Positions 17,519-28,869 of a stretch of DNA of 64,000 bases are shown here, in pieces. The notes under the pieces were generated by a model. The model was not told the origin of the DNA. It ran no database searches and worked only from the letters and a program-made list of their open reading frames with translations. Origin of the DNA: an uncultured Oscillospiraceae bacterium (lineage in GTDB: Bacteria; Bacillota; Clostridia; Christensenellales; CAG-138). The stretch spans positions 20,121 through 84,120 of the forward strand of contig CAZBBX010000005.1 in NCBI GenBank assembly GCA_964490325.1. The letters are read 5' to 3'. Position 1 is the stretch's first letter; every line of letters begins with the position of its first letter. Both the position numbers and the translations under genes were made by a program.

Positions 17519-18706
17519 TTAGGAATCGAAGGTAACGTTGGAGTCGTACTTGAGCGAGTAGAAGCCCTCGGCGTCCTTCAGCGACATGGAGTTGTTGGAC
17601 TTCATGTCCAGATCGGTGTAGACAAGCTGCAGACCTTCCGCGGAGCCGTCGTCCAAGATGACGGTCAACTCGTACAGCTCGGCGTTCGCCATGTCCGTCA
17701 GCACCAGATGCTTGTACTGATCGTCGCTTTCGCAGACAGGCCAGTCCTCCGTCAGCAGGTTCTCGCCCTTGTCCTCTGCGCCGCTCGGATACAGGTAGGC
17801 GGCCTTCATGGTAAGTCCCGTCTTGTTCTTGAACACGAAGCGCAGCGTGACCGTGGCCGAGCTGTCGTCCGCAGCGTCGCCTGCCGCCGCGATGGGCTGT
17901 CCGTTCTCATCGATGTTGGAATCGAACTTGACGGAGAGCGTCTCCTCGTTGTCCTTCATGGACACCGAGTTGGCGTTGACCAGATCGTTGCCGTCGAAGG
18001 TCCAGCTTTCGCCGTTGGTGAACTCGACCGTGATGTCATAGGTGTCCGCCTGCGGCCGATCCAGCACCAGCCACAGGTAGTCGTCCTGCGACTTGTTGCT
18101 CTTGTACACCTCGCTGATGACGCTTTCGCCCTTGTCCTCTGCGCCGGAGGGATACACATACACCGCCGAGCAGTCATAGGAGGTCTTGTTCTTGAACAGG
18201 AACTTGAGCTGCACGGTGTTCGTTTCGTCGATCTTGACCTCGGCAAAGTCCACCGTGACGCCTGCGTTTATAAGATCCTCCTTGGTGAATTCCACCTCGT
18301 TGTCGTTCTTGACGCTGATCTCCGTGCCGTCTGCCGACTTCATGGAGACCGAATTGTTGAACTTGAGCGCCAACTGCGGGAACACGCAGCTCGTGCCGTC
18401 GGTGAAGGTCAGGCTGATGTCGTAATACTCCGCCTCGGGACGCGCAAGGATCATGCGCTTGTACTGCGAGCTGTCCGTGTTGTTCACCCAAGTTTCACTG
18501 ATGACGTTCTCCCCCTTGTCGGCAGCGCCGCTTGGGTAGACATAGGCCTCGCTGACGTCCTTACCCGTCTTGTTTTTGAACACGAACGCCAAGGCGATCA
18601 AATTTTCATCCGTGGCGGGCTCTTCGGCGTCGCCGCCCTTGTCCGCGCAGGCGCCAAGCGCTGCAAGCATGAGTACCGCCAGCAGCAATGCAAGGATCTT
18701 CTTCAT
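17519..18706 (-). CDS. Lipoprotein of unknown function with three ~100-aa internal repeats
   Basis: The lipobox is MKKILALLLAVLMLAALGAC. The repeated core is F(V/L)FKNKT....A(Y/V)(V/L)YPSGA.DKGE.(V/L)(I/L).E, seen three times: FVFKNKTGKDVSEAYVYPSGAADKGENVISE, FLFKNKTSYDCSAVYVYPSGAEDKGESVISE and FVFKNKTGLTMKAAYLYPSGAEDKGENLLTE. Confidence 0.7.
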   Translation of the reverse strand: MKKILALLLAVLMLAALGACADKGGDAEEPATDENLIALAFVFKNKTGKDVSEAYVYPSGAADKGENVISETWVNNTDSSQYKRMILARPEAEYYDISLTFTDGTSCVFPQLALKFNNSVSMKSADGTEISVKNDNEVEFTKEDLINAGVTVDFAEVKIDETNTVQLKFLFKNKTSYDCSAVYVYPSGAEDKGESVISEVYKSNKSQDDYLWLVLDRPQADTYDITVEFTNGESWTFDGNDLVNANSVSMKDNEETLSVKFDSNIDENGQPIAAAGDAADDSSATVTLRFVFKNKTGLTMKAAYLYPSGAEDKGENLLTEDWPVCESDDQYKHLVLTDMANAELYELTVILDDGSAEGLQLVYTDLDMKSNNSMSLKDAEGFYSLKYDSNVTFDS

Positions 18707-18939
18707 ACTTCTTACCCCTTTTCTTGTTTTGTGGAATACCTATCGTCCATCGAGCACGTGCTCGAGCGGAGCCGTTCGGAAGGGGCGCAGTCCCGCCGCG
18801 CCGCAGCTGCTCAGGGTCTACGCAAACGTTTGCGTTGCGATACTCGTATTATAGACTTGTCAACGAATTTTGTCAATGTAGGGCGGGTGTTTTTTACCCA
18901 ATGTTCCGCTTTTGTCCCGTTTTTTAGAAATGCTGCCCA

Positions 18940-18976
18940 TAAAAAAGACCGAACGCGTTCTTTTCCGCGCTCGGTC
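18940..18976 (-). terminator. Rho-independent terminator after the flavodoxin-like gene
   Basis: The minus strand reads GACCGAGCGCG-gaaaagaa-CGCGTTCGGTC followed by TTTTTTAT. Confidence 0.65.
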
Positions 18977-19060
18977 ATTTGGCTCTGTTTGGCGAGGTCT
19001 CCCTCGCCGCTTTCCTTTGTCCCGAGAAGTTGGGACGCCTATCGGTCTAAGCCCCCTTCG

Positions 19061-19516
19061 TCAGCAGAGGGAAGCGACGACGCCGCGTAAAAAGTCTGCG
19101 CCGTCCTGCAAGTCCTGCGCGGTGGGGCAGCCCTTGTTGACCCCGCCCACGAAGCGCAGCACAAAAAACTTGTCCAAGCCCTTGCAGGCAAAATCGCCCA
19201 CGACGGTCTTGTTTTTGCTTTTCAGCAGCTTGACGAGCTTGGCATTGTAGCTTTTGTCCCCGCCGCCGCTGGTGGAGAACACGAACGCCTTGGCGGGCAT
19301 ATCGGAAAAGCTCTCGATCAGCTTGACGATGCGCCTGTCGAAGCCGCCTTGATAGATGCCGCTGCCAAAGCCCACCAAGTCGAACGCGTTTAGGTCGTAT
19401 GCCTGCACGCCCTTTGTGTCGGTGACCAGCGTATCGGGCACAGCCGCCGCCATCGCCTCGGCAAGCCTGCGGGTGTTGCCGCAGTGCTTGGATTCCACAA
19501 CGAGCAGGGTCCTCAT
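19061..19516 (-). CDS. Flavodoxin-family protein
   Basis: The 151-aa ORF has MRTLLVVESKHCGNTRRLAEAM (a flavodoxin-like phosphate-binding loop) and FGSGIYQG. Size and pattern are typical of short flavodoxin-domain proteins. Confidence 0.7.
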   Translation of the reverse strand: MRTLLVVESKHCGNTRRLAEAMAAAVPDTLVTDTKGVQAYDLNAFDLVGFGSGIYQGGFDRRIVKLIESFSDMPAKAFVFSTSGGGDKSYNAKLVKLLKSKNKTVVGDFACKGLDKFFVLRFVGGVNKGCPTAQDLQDGADFLRGVVASLC

Positions 19517-19546
19517 GTCTATGCCCCTTTCCGACGCGCTCCCGCT

Positions 19547-20371
19547 TCAGGACGCGTCCTTGTCCATGTGCACATCCAGCTGCGGATAGGGTATGGTGAC
19601 GCCTGCCGCCGCCAACGCATCGCTGATGCGCTGTCCCAGCTCCACCTTCACATCGTAATACTTGGCGGAGGGACACCACAGGCGCAGCTTGTAGTTGAGC
19701 GAGGAATCGCCAAAGCTGTCCAAATAGAGCTGCGGCGCGGGGGTCTCCAATACGTTGGGTGTCTCCTTTGCCACCGTCAGCAGCACGCGGGAGGCCAGCG
19801 CGGGATCGACCCCGTAGCCAAGCGGCACGGCGTAATCCAGCCTGCGCGTTTCGTTGTAGCTCTCATTGACCAGCGCGTTGCCCGTGACCGTACCGTTGGG
19901 CAGCAGCACCTCGCGGTTATCTCCCGTGCGGATGGTGGTGTAAAAGATGCCGATCTCCTCCACCACGCCCGTGTAGGAGCCGTTGCTGATGAGGTCGCCC
20001 ACCTTGAACGGGTGGAACAAGAGCACCATCAGGCCGCCTGCCAGATTGCTAAGTCCCCCTTGCAGCGCAAGACCTATGGTCACGCCGCAGCTGCCGATGA
20101 GCGCCACGATGGACGCCATGGGTACGCCCAAGATCGACACCGCCGTAAGGATGACGATGGCGTCCAAGGCGATGACAAGGCCGCTCTTGGCAAAGCTTTG
20201 CACGTTGACGTTGAGCTTTTTGAAGCCCTTGCCGTTTTCGATGCGGCGCGCCAGCCGCTTGACAAGCTTAAGCCCCACGACAAGCAGCACGATGGCGCCC
20301 AAGAGCTTGGCGCCAGAAGTGACCGCAAACTTTGAGATCGTGTCCCAAAGATCCGTAAAGAACTGTTCCAT
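19547..20371 (-). CDS. mscS: Small-conductance mechanosensitive channel (MscS family)
   Basis: Three N-terminal TM helices are followed by GVTIGLALQGGLSNLAGGLMVLLFHPFKVGDLI and VLLPNG, the MscS pore helix and beta-domain pattern. Confidence 0.85.
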   Translation of the reverse strand: MEQFFTDLWDTISKFAVTSGAKLLGAIVLLVVGLKLVKRLARRIENGKGFKKLNVNVQSFAKSGLVIALDAIVILTAVSILGVPMASIVALIGSCGVTIGLALQGGLSNLAGGLMVLLFHPFKVGDLISNGSYTGVVEEIGIFYTTIRTGDNREVLLPNGTVTGNALVNESYNETRRLDYAVPLGYGVDPALASRVLLTVAKETPNVLETPAPQLYLDSFGDSSLNYKLRLWCPSAKYYDVKVELGQRISDALAAAGVTIPYPQLDVHMDKDAS

Positions 20372-20374
20372 GTC

Positions 20375-21276
20375 CTAATTCTCCTTCAGCTCGCTGAAGC
20401 CCAGACCGTAGGCCTCCTCCAAGGTGGTAAACAGCACCAGCGCGTGGCTGTCGCAGCCGTAGGCTATGCGGCGAATGCGGAAGATCTCCGACTTTGCGCA
20501 GGCGCACATGAGCATCTGCCGCTCCTCGCCCGTGTAGGTGCCGATGGCCTTGACGAGTGTCACGCCTCTGCCGATCTCCTCGCTGATGCCGCGAATCACC
20601 CCCGCGCCGTTCGTGGTGATGACGATGGCCATGCGCCGTGAGCCAAGCCCCTGCATGACCTTGTCGATGACAAGGGTGCTTGCAAAGGTCATGATGATGC
20701 CGTACAGCACCGCGTCCACATAGCCGAACACCAAGCCGCCCAGTACGATGACGCAGCCGTCCACAAAGAGCGTTATCATGCCGATGGACATGAAGGGCTT
20801 CTTCTTGCGGATCGCCATGATGATAAAGTCCGTGCCTCCCGTTGAGGAGCCGCGCCAGTAGACCGCCACCAGTCCCGCACCCGCCAAGACGCCGCCGAAG
20901 ATGGCCGCCAGCAGCGGTTCACCCGTGTACTGCGGCACATAGGGAAACACAAGGTCGAGCATGAGGGACAGCAGCACCATGCTGCGCAGGGACTTTAAAA
21001 AGAATTTTTTGCCCATCAGACGGAAGGTCGCCAGCACGACCGGCACGTTGAACAGAAGCATCAGCGCGCCGATGGGCAGGTTGGGCAGATAGTGGTTGAT
21101 GATGAGGGACAGACCCGTCAGTCCGCCCGGGGCGAAGTTGGCGGGGGTCACGAACACATGGATGCCCGCCGAGTACAGCGTTGCGCCGATCAGGTCGAAC
21201 AGGGTGTCGATGGCAAAATGCTTGACCTGCTCCCCCGTCGGACGGCGCAGCGCCTTTGCTTTTCCTAATTTCTTTT

Positions 21277-21280
<4 letters not shown>
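20375..21280 (-). CDS. YitT-family (DUF2179-containing) membrane protein
   Basis: The multi-TM N-terminal region contains GGLTGLSLI and GGTDFIIM. The C-terminal DUF2179-like [20 protein letters not shown] is also present. The start overlaps the upstream stop (ATGA). Confidence 0.8.
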
Positions 21281-23700
<2,420 letters not shown>

Positions 23701-23703
23701 GGC

Positions 23704-25665
23704 TTACCCCCTCATCAGCGTGTCAAAAGCGCTGAGCTTGCGGCTGAAATCCGCATATTCAAAGATGTACTCCTTGCGGGACTGGACCTTGTCGCCCATC
23801 AGCACCGTCACCAGATGCTCGACGTCCGCTGCGTCCTCCAGTGTGACGCGCAGGAGCAGCCGCCGCGTGGGATCCATGGTGGTCTCCCAAAGCTGCTCGG
23901 GATTCATCTCGCCCAAGCCCTTGTAGCGCTGCAGGCTGTAGCTCTTGCCCACCGCCTTCATGGCCTTCTTGAGCGCCGCGTCGTCGTAGCAGTACTGCGG
24001 CGCCTGTCCGTTCTTTTGTACGCGGTACAGCGGCGCCATGCCCACATAGACGTGACCGTCCATGATCAGCTCGCGCATGTAGCGGTAAAAGAAGGTCAGC
24101 AGGATGGCGCGGATGTGCGCGCCGTCCTGATCCGCGTCCGCCAAAATGATGATCTTGTCGTAGCGCAGGCTCTTGAGGTCGAAATCCTCGCCGATGCCCG
24201 TGCCGATGGCGGTGATGAGCGAACGCAGCTCCTCGTTTTGCAGCACCTGCTCCAAGCGCTTTTTCTCCACGTTCAGCGGCTTGCCGCGCAGCGGCAGTAT
24301 GGCCTGAAAGCGGCGATCCCGTCCCTGCTTAGCGCTGCCGCCTGCGGAGTCGCCCTCCACGATGAACAGCTCGTTGACCGAGGGATCCCGCCCCGTGCAG
24401 CTGGACAGCTTGCCCACCAGCGGCGCGTTCTCCAACTTGTTCTTCTCGCGTGCGTTCTCCTTGGCCTTGCGTGCAGCCGCCCGCGCCTTGCTCGCCTTCA
24501 GCGCCTTGTCCATGATGACGGCGGCGGTCTCGCCGTTCTTCAGATCTTCCAAATAGGGCGTCAGCAGGTCGGTCACGACCGCTTCCACAGCGGGTCTGGC
24601 CTCGGTGTTGCCCAAACGCGTCTTGGTCTGCCCCTCGAACTGGATGGTGTGCATCTTGAGCGACAGCACCACGGTCAGCCCCTCGCGGAAGTCCTCGCCC
24701 GCCAAGGAGGCGTCCTTGTCCTTGAGGATACCGTTCTTGCGGCAATAGTCGTTGCAGACCTTGGTGAAGGCAGCCTTGAAGCCCGTTTCGTGGGTGCCGC
24801 CCTCGGTCGTGGGAATGTTATTGACATAGGAAAAGACGCTCTCGGTGTAGCTGTCGTTGTGCTGGATGGCAAGCTCCACCACGATATCGCCGCTCTTTCC
24901 AAGCAGGTGGATGGGCGTGTCGTACAGGACGGTCTTGTCCTCGTTGAGATAGCGCACAAAGTCGCTGAGACCCCCGTCGTACTTGTATTCGGCATGATAG
25001 GGGTTGCCGCGCTCCCGCTCGTCGTCCAAGGTGAAGCGCACGCCGCGGTTGAGGTAGGCCAGCTCTCGAAGGCGGCGGGTGATGACCTCGCGGTTCATGT
25101 CGATGGTCTCAAACACGCGGTCGTCGGGCAGAAAGGTCACCACCGTGCCCTGCCTGCGCGTGCGTCCCTGCTCCGTCAAAGGATAGCAGGGCTTGCCCGA
25201 AACGATATGTCCCGTGCCGTCGTCCACGCTTTCAAACTCCATGCGGTAGGCGCGGTTCTCGTGATACACCTCCACCGTGACATGGCGGCTGAGGGCGTTG
25301 ACCACGGACGCGCCCACGCCGTGCAGACCGCCCGAATAGCCGTAGGACTTGTTGCCGAACTTGCCGCCTGCATGGAGCTGGGTGAAGACCACCTCCACGC
25401 CGCTGACGCCCAATTTCTCGTGTATGCCCGTGGGGATGCCGCGGCCGTTGTCCGTGACCGTCACGCTGTGGTCGCGGTGCAGCTGCACGTTCACCTCGTT
25501 GGCAAAACCGTTGGCGGCCTCGTCCACCGCGTTGTCCACGATCTCCCATAAAAGATGGTGCAGCCCTCGCGGACCTGTTGAACCGATGTACATGCCCGGA
25601 CGCATGCGTACCGCGTCCAGCCCTTCCATTACGGTAATGTCGGATACCGAATAATCCGTTGCCAT
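23704..25665 (-). CDS. parE: Type IIA topoisomerase subunit B, ParE-like
   Basis: The ATG at 25665 follows GGGAGG ([30 protein letters not shown]). The GHKL ATPase and Toprim motifs ([29 protein letters not shown]) are present. Confidence 0.7.
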   Translation of the reverse strand: MATDYSVSDITVMEGLDAVRMRPGMYIGSTGPRGLHHLLWEIVDNAVDEAANGFANEVNVQLHRDHSVTVTDNGRGIPTGIHEKLGVSGVEVVFTQLHAGGKFGNKSYGYSGGLHGVGASVVNALSRHVTVEVYHENRAYRMEFESVDDGTGHIVSGKPCYPLTEQGRTRRQGTVVTFLPDDRVFETIDMNREVITRRLRELAYLNRGVRFTLDDERERGNPYHAEYKYDGGLSDFVRYLNEDKTVLYDTPIHLLGKSGDIVVELAIQHNDSYTESVFSYVNNIPTTEGGTHETGFKAAFTKVCNDYCRKNGILKDKDASLAGEDFREGLTVVLSLKMHTIQFEGQTKTRLGNTEARPAVEAVVTDLLTPYLEDLKNGETAAVIMDKALKASKARAAARKAKENAREKNKLENAPLVGKLSSCTGRDPSVNELFIVEGDSAGGSAKQGRDRRFQAILPLRGKPLNVEKKRLEQVLQNEELRSLITAIGTGIGEDFDLKSLRYDKIIILADADQDGAHIRAILLTFFYRYMRELIMDGHVYVGMAPLYRVQKNGQAPQYCYDDAALKKAMKAVGKSYSLQRYKGLGEMNPEQLWETTMDPTRRLLLRVTLEDAADVEHLVTVLMGDKVQSRKEYIFEYADFSRKLSAFDTLMRG

Positions 25666-25882
25666 GGATCCTCCCAAAATACAGCTCTTTTCCGTCGTCC
25701 CTCCCGTGCTTTGGAGCGCGCCGAAGGACGGATAAACTTCATTACTATACAGTATACCACGGAAATGCGCAAGGGTCAGTACCTGCCGACCAAGCAGAAA
25801 AAAAGGTTTACGGTTTGTTAAAATCTTTCCGCTGTGCTATACTGGAGAAAATCGGGGGACGAGCCCCCTTTGGAGGTACGAT

Positions 25883-26263
25883 ATGCTGACTTTTGACGGA
25901 CTGAAGATCAACGAGCTGTGCTTTGTCAACCGTATAGAAAAGCAGGGCAGGGTGGAGATGAAGCTGCAGCAGAGCATGCGCACCCGCGTGGCGTTTCGTG
26001 AGGATGAGCGCAGCTGCGTATGCACCATCTACCTGACCATCCAAAACGAGGAAGCCCCCAACGACTTCTTCCTGCGCGCCGAGTTAGCGGGGGTGTACGG
26101 CTATCCCACCGAGACGGATCAAAAGACCATCCACATCGAAGCGGTGGAGAACCTTTTCCCCTTTGTCAGCGACGCCATTGCAAATCTTTGCAAGGCAGCG
26201 GGACTGCCTGAGATCCGCCCGCACATGGAGCCTATCAAGTCGGACGAGATCAGCAACAGCTGA
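25883..26263 (+). CDS. SecB-like fold protein (putative chaperone), function unknown
   Basis: The 126-aa ORF aligns by eye with E. coli SecB. FFLRAELAGVYGYP...ENLFPFVSDAIANLCKAAGLPEIRPHMEPI corresponds to AFLCEVQQGGIF...[27 protein letters not shown]. Confidence 0.45.
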   Translation: MLTFDGLKINELCFVNRIEKQGRVEMKLQQSMRTRVAFREDERSCVCTIYLTIQNEEAPNDFFLRAELAGVYGYPTETDQKTIHIEAVENLFPFVSDAIANLCKAAGLPEIRPHMEPIKSDEISNS

Positions 26264-26274
26264 ATAAAAGCAGC

Positions 26275-27252
26275 ATGGCGGAGTTTCTTGCCACGCTGGA
26301 GTTCGTCGCGGGGGAAGCCGATGCGCTGCGCACGGTCGAGAGCGTCCTGCTGCGGGATTGGGGCTTTGCCCGCACCCGCATATCCCGCCTGAAGCGGCGG
26401 GAGGACGGCATCCTGCTAAACGGCGCTCCCGCCTATACGACCGCTCGCCTCAAGAAAGGCGATCGGCTGCTCGTGCGCGTGTTCGATCCGCCCGACACGC
26501 GGCGCGCCCCGCCCCGCGCCTGTCCCCTGCGCCTTGCGTATGAGGATGCCGCGCTGATCGTGTTGGACAAGGACGCGGGGATCGCCGTCCACCCCACCCA
26601 CGATCCAAACGAGCTGACGCTCGAAAACGCGCTGAACGCCTACCTGTCCGACACGCCCCGTCCCCTGCGCCTCTGCCGCACACAGGGCGAGAACGCCGCA
26701 CTTTACTGTCTGCCCGAAACGGAGCTGCTCCTGTCGCCGCCCATCGCGCACCCCGTCAGCCGCCTTGATCGAGGCACCAGCGGCCTGATGACTTGGGCAA
26801 AGAGCGGCTATGTCCACGAGCTTTTGCGCCGCCAACTGCACACGCCCGAATATGAGCGCAGCTACCTTGCCATTTCCGTCCGCCCGCCCAAGCCCGCGCA
26901 GGGTGTGATCGAGCTGCCTATCGGCTTTGCAAAAGGCAGCTCCTATCAGCGCGCCGTCACGGAGGACGGCGTCCCCTCCGTCACGGCGTATGAGACCCTT
27001 TCCGTCACGAAGGAGGGGCTTGCGCTGCTGCGCCTGCGCCCCGAGACGGGGCGCACCCATCAGCTGCGCGTGCATATGGCGGCTGTCGGCTGCCCCTTGG
27101 TGGGGGATTGGCTGTACGGCACGGCGGACGCTCGCCTTGCCCGCCCCGCGCTGCATTCGGCACAGCTGCGCCTTTTAGATCCCTTGAACGGCAAGCGCCT
27201 TGTGCTTAGCTCCCCGCTGCCTGCCGATCTGTGCGCCCTGTTGGAGGGGTGA
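26275..27252 (+). CDS. RluA-family pseudouridine synthase (RluD/RluC-like, with N-terminal S4-like region)
   Basis: HPVSRLDRGTSGLMTWAKS is the HRLD..TSG catalytic-Asp motif. GRTHQLRVHMAAVGCPLVGDWLYG is the RTHQ(I/L)R motif. Confidence 0.85.
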   Translation: MAEFLATLEFVAGEADALRTVESVLLRDWGFARTRISRLKRREDGILLNGAPAYTTARLKKGDRLLVRVFDPPDTRRAPPRACPLRLAYEDAALIVLDKDAGIAVHPTHDPNELTLENALNAYLSDTPRPLRLCRTQGENAALYCLPETELLLSPPIAHPVSRLDRGTSGLMTWAKSGYVHELLRRQLHTPEYERSYLAISVRPPKPAQGVIELPIGFAKGSSYQRAVTEDGVPSVTAYETLSVTKEGLALLRLRPETGRTHQLRVHMAAVGCPLVGDWLYGTADARLARPALHSAQLRLLDPLNGKRLVLSSPLPADLCALLEG

Positions 27253-27273
27253 AAGAACGTGCGGATACGATTG

Positions 27274-27327
27274 CGTTGGCAAGGCGGGCGGATGGTATCC
27301 GCCCCTACGGAATGTGGGAAAAGAGGG
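27274..27327. repeat. Solitary REP-like palindromic unit (same family as the 41080-41260 and 45330-45480 arrays)
   Basis: GTTGGCAAGGCGGGCGGATGGTATCCGCCCCTACGGAATGTGGGAAAAGAGGG, whose core palindrome is GGGCGGAT-ggt-ATCCGCCC. Confidence 0.75.
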
Positions 27328-27387
27328 TACATGGTCACGGCAAAGCTTCGCTTGTAAGCTTCGACAAAATATGCTATCATTTCTCTT

Positions 27388-28869
27388 ATGAAACGGAAAG
27401 TTGTGTATCGCGTCCTGAGCTGTCTATTGTGCTGCCTTTTGGGGCTTATGTGCGGATCTTTATCAAGTTGGGCTTCCTCGGATGCCGAAGCGGAGCGCGA
27501 CCTGTCCACGCAATGCAGCTACAGCTCCACAAGCGTTTCGGGCAGCAGCTATATCGCTCGCCTGCGCGACGACGATCTGACCACGCATCAAAACTTTCAC
27601 GAGAACGGCAGCGTGACGGTCAGCTGGAGCGACGCCGTTGCCGTTGACAGCCTGTTTATCGAATGGAACCTCCCCCCCGACGCCTATCTTGTCACGCAGC
27701 TGGATGCAGGCGGCGCGATCCTCACCGAGACGGCGGGACGCACGCAGAACCTCAACGAGCTGATCTACGCCGCGGAGGGTGCGCGCAGCATCCGCCTTTC
27801 CTCCGCTTACGACATGGACATTGCGGGGCTGCATGCCTATGCGGCAGGCGATCCCCCGCACGACTACCATGCATGGGAGCCGTTGCCCGACAAGCTGGAC
27901 TATCTGGTGCTGTCCATGCATCCCGATGACGACACGCTGTTTTTGGGCGGAGCTGTTGCAACGCTTTGCGACGCGGGCTATACGGGCACGATCGCCTATC
28001 TGGGTACGCGGCTGCGGGAACGCTGCACCGAGGCGCTCAACGGCGCATGGATCATGGGCGTACGCTATGCCCCCATCTTGGCGGGCTTTCCCGACATCCC
28101 CCCGCAGTATCGCGAACAGTTTGAAAGCACCTTCACCGAGGCCGAGCTTGTCCAATACTTGGTGCGCCTGTTTCGGCAGTATCGTCCCGAGCTTATCGTC
28201 ACGCAGGATGTGAACGGCGAGTATGGGCATTGGCAGCATATCCTGCTTGTGTCTGCGGTGCAAAAGGCCGTCCCCCTTGCCAACGATGCAAGCTTTGATC
28301 CCGATTCCGCCGCCGCTTACGGCGTTTACGAGGTCAAAAAGCTCTACCTGCACCTGTACACGGAGAACGCCATTCACCTGAACGTCACCACGCCCCTTGC
28401 CTCCTTTGGCGGCAAGACGGCGGTGGAGGTCGCCAAGGAGGCCTATGGCGAGCATCTTTCGCAGCAGGATACCCGTCACAGCGTGACCAACGAGGGGATC
28501 TACAGCCTGTCCGACTTTGGTCTTGCCTATTCGACCGTGGGGCTTGACACGGGCAGCAACGAGCTGATGGAGCATATCGATGCCTCACTCCTTTGCAATG
28601 CCGCAGCCCCAACGGAGGCTCCCTCGCTTAGTCCCTCTCCTTCTGCCGCGCCCACCCAAGCGCCCTGCCAAAGCCTTGCGCCCACGGCTGTCCCTGCGGC
28701 TGTCGAGACGAACACGCCTGCGCCCACAAGCGAGCCTCTGCCAAGCGACAGCTCCGCTCCCGCTGCGGCAGCTGCGCCGCCGCTTGTTCTGCTGCTGCTT
28801 GGCGGCCTTGTCCTGCTGCTGATCCTTGCATGTATCGCGGTCTTTGCCGCAAGGAGGAGAAGATCATGA
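27388..28869 (+). CDS. Secreted/anchored PIG-L (LmbE-like) family deacetylase with a Pro/Ala/Ser-rich stalk and C-terminal TM anchor
   Basis: There is a signal-like N-terminus. DYLVLSMHPDDDTLFLGG is the PIG-L HPDD motif, and YGHWQH is also present. The C-terminus has APTEAPSLSPSPSAAPTQAP... followed by PPLVLLLLGGLVLLLILACIAVFAARRRR. Confidence 0.75.
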   Translation: MKRKVVYRVLSCLLCCLLGLMCGSLSSWASSDAEAERDLSTQCSYSSTSVSGSSYIARLRDDDLTTHQNFHENGSVTVSWSDAVAVDSLFIEWNLPPDAYLVTQLDAGGAILTETAGRTQNLNELIYAAEGARSIRLSSAYDMDIAGLHAYAAGDPPHDYHAWEPLPDKLDYLVLSMHPDDDTLFLGGAVATLCDAGYTGTIAYLGTRLRERCTEALNGAWIMGVRYAPILAGFPDIPPQYREQFESTFTEAELVQYLVRLFRQYRPELIVTQDVNGEYGHWQHILLVSAVQKAVPLANDASFDPDSAAAYGVYEVKKLYLHLYTENAIHLNVTTPLASFGGKTAVEVAKEAYGEHLSQQDTRHSVTNEGIYSLSDFGLAYSTVGLDTGSNELMEHIDASLLCNAAAPTEAPSLSPSPSAAPTQAPCQSLAPTAVPAAVETNTPAPTSEPLPSDSSAPAAAAAPPLVLLLLGGLVLLLILACIAVFAARRRRS

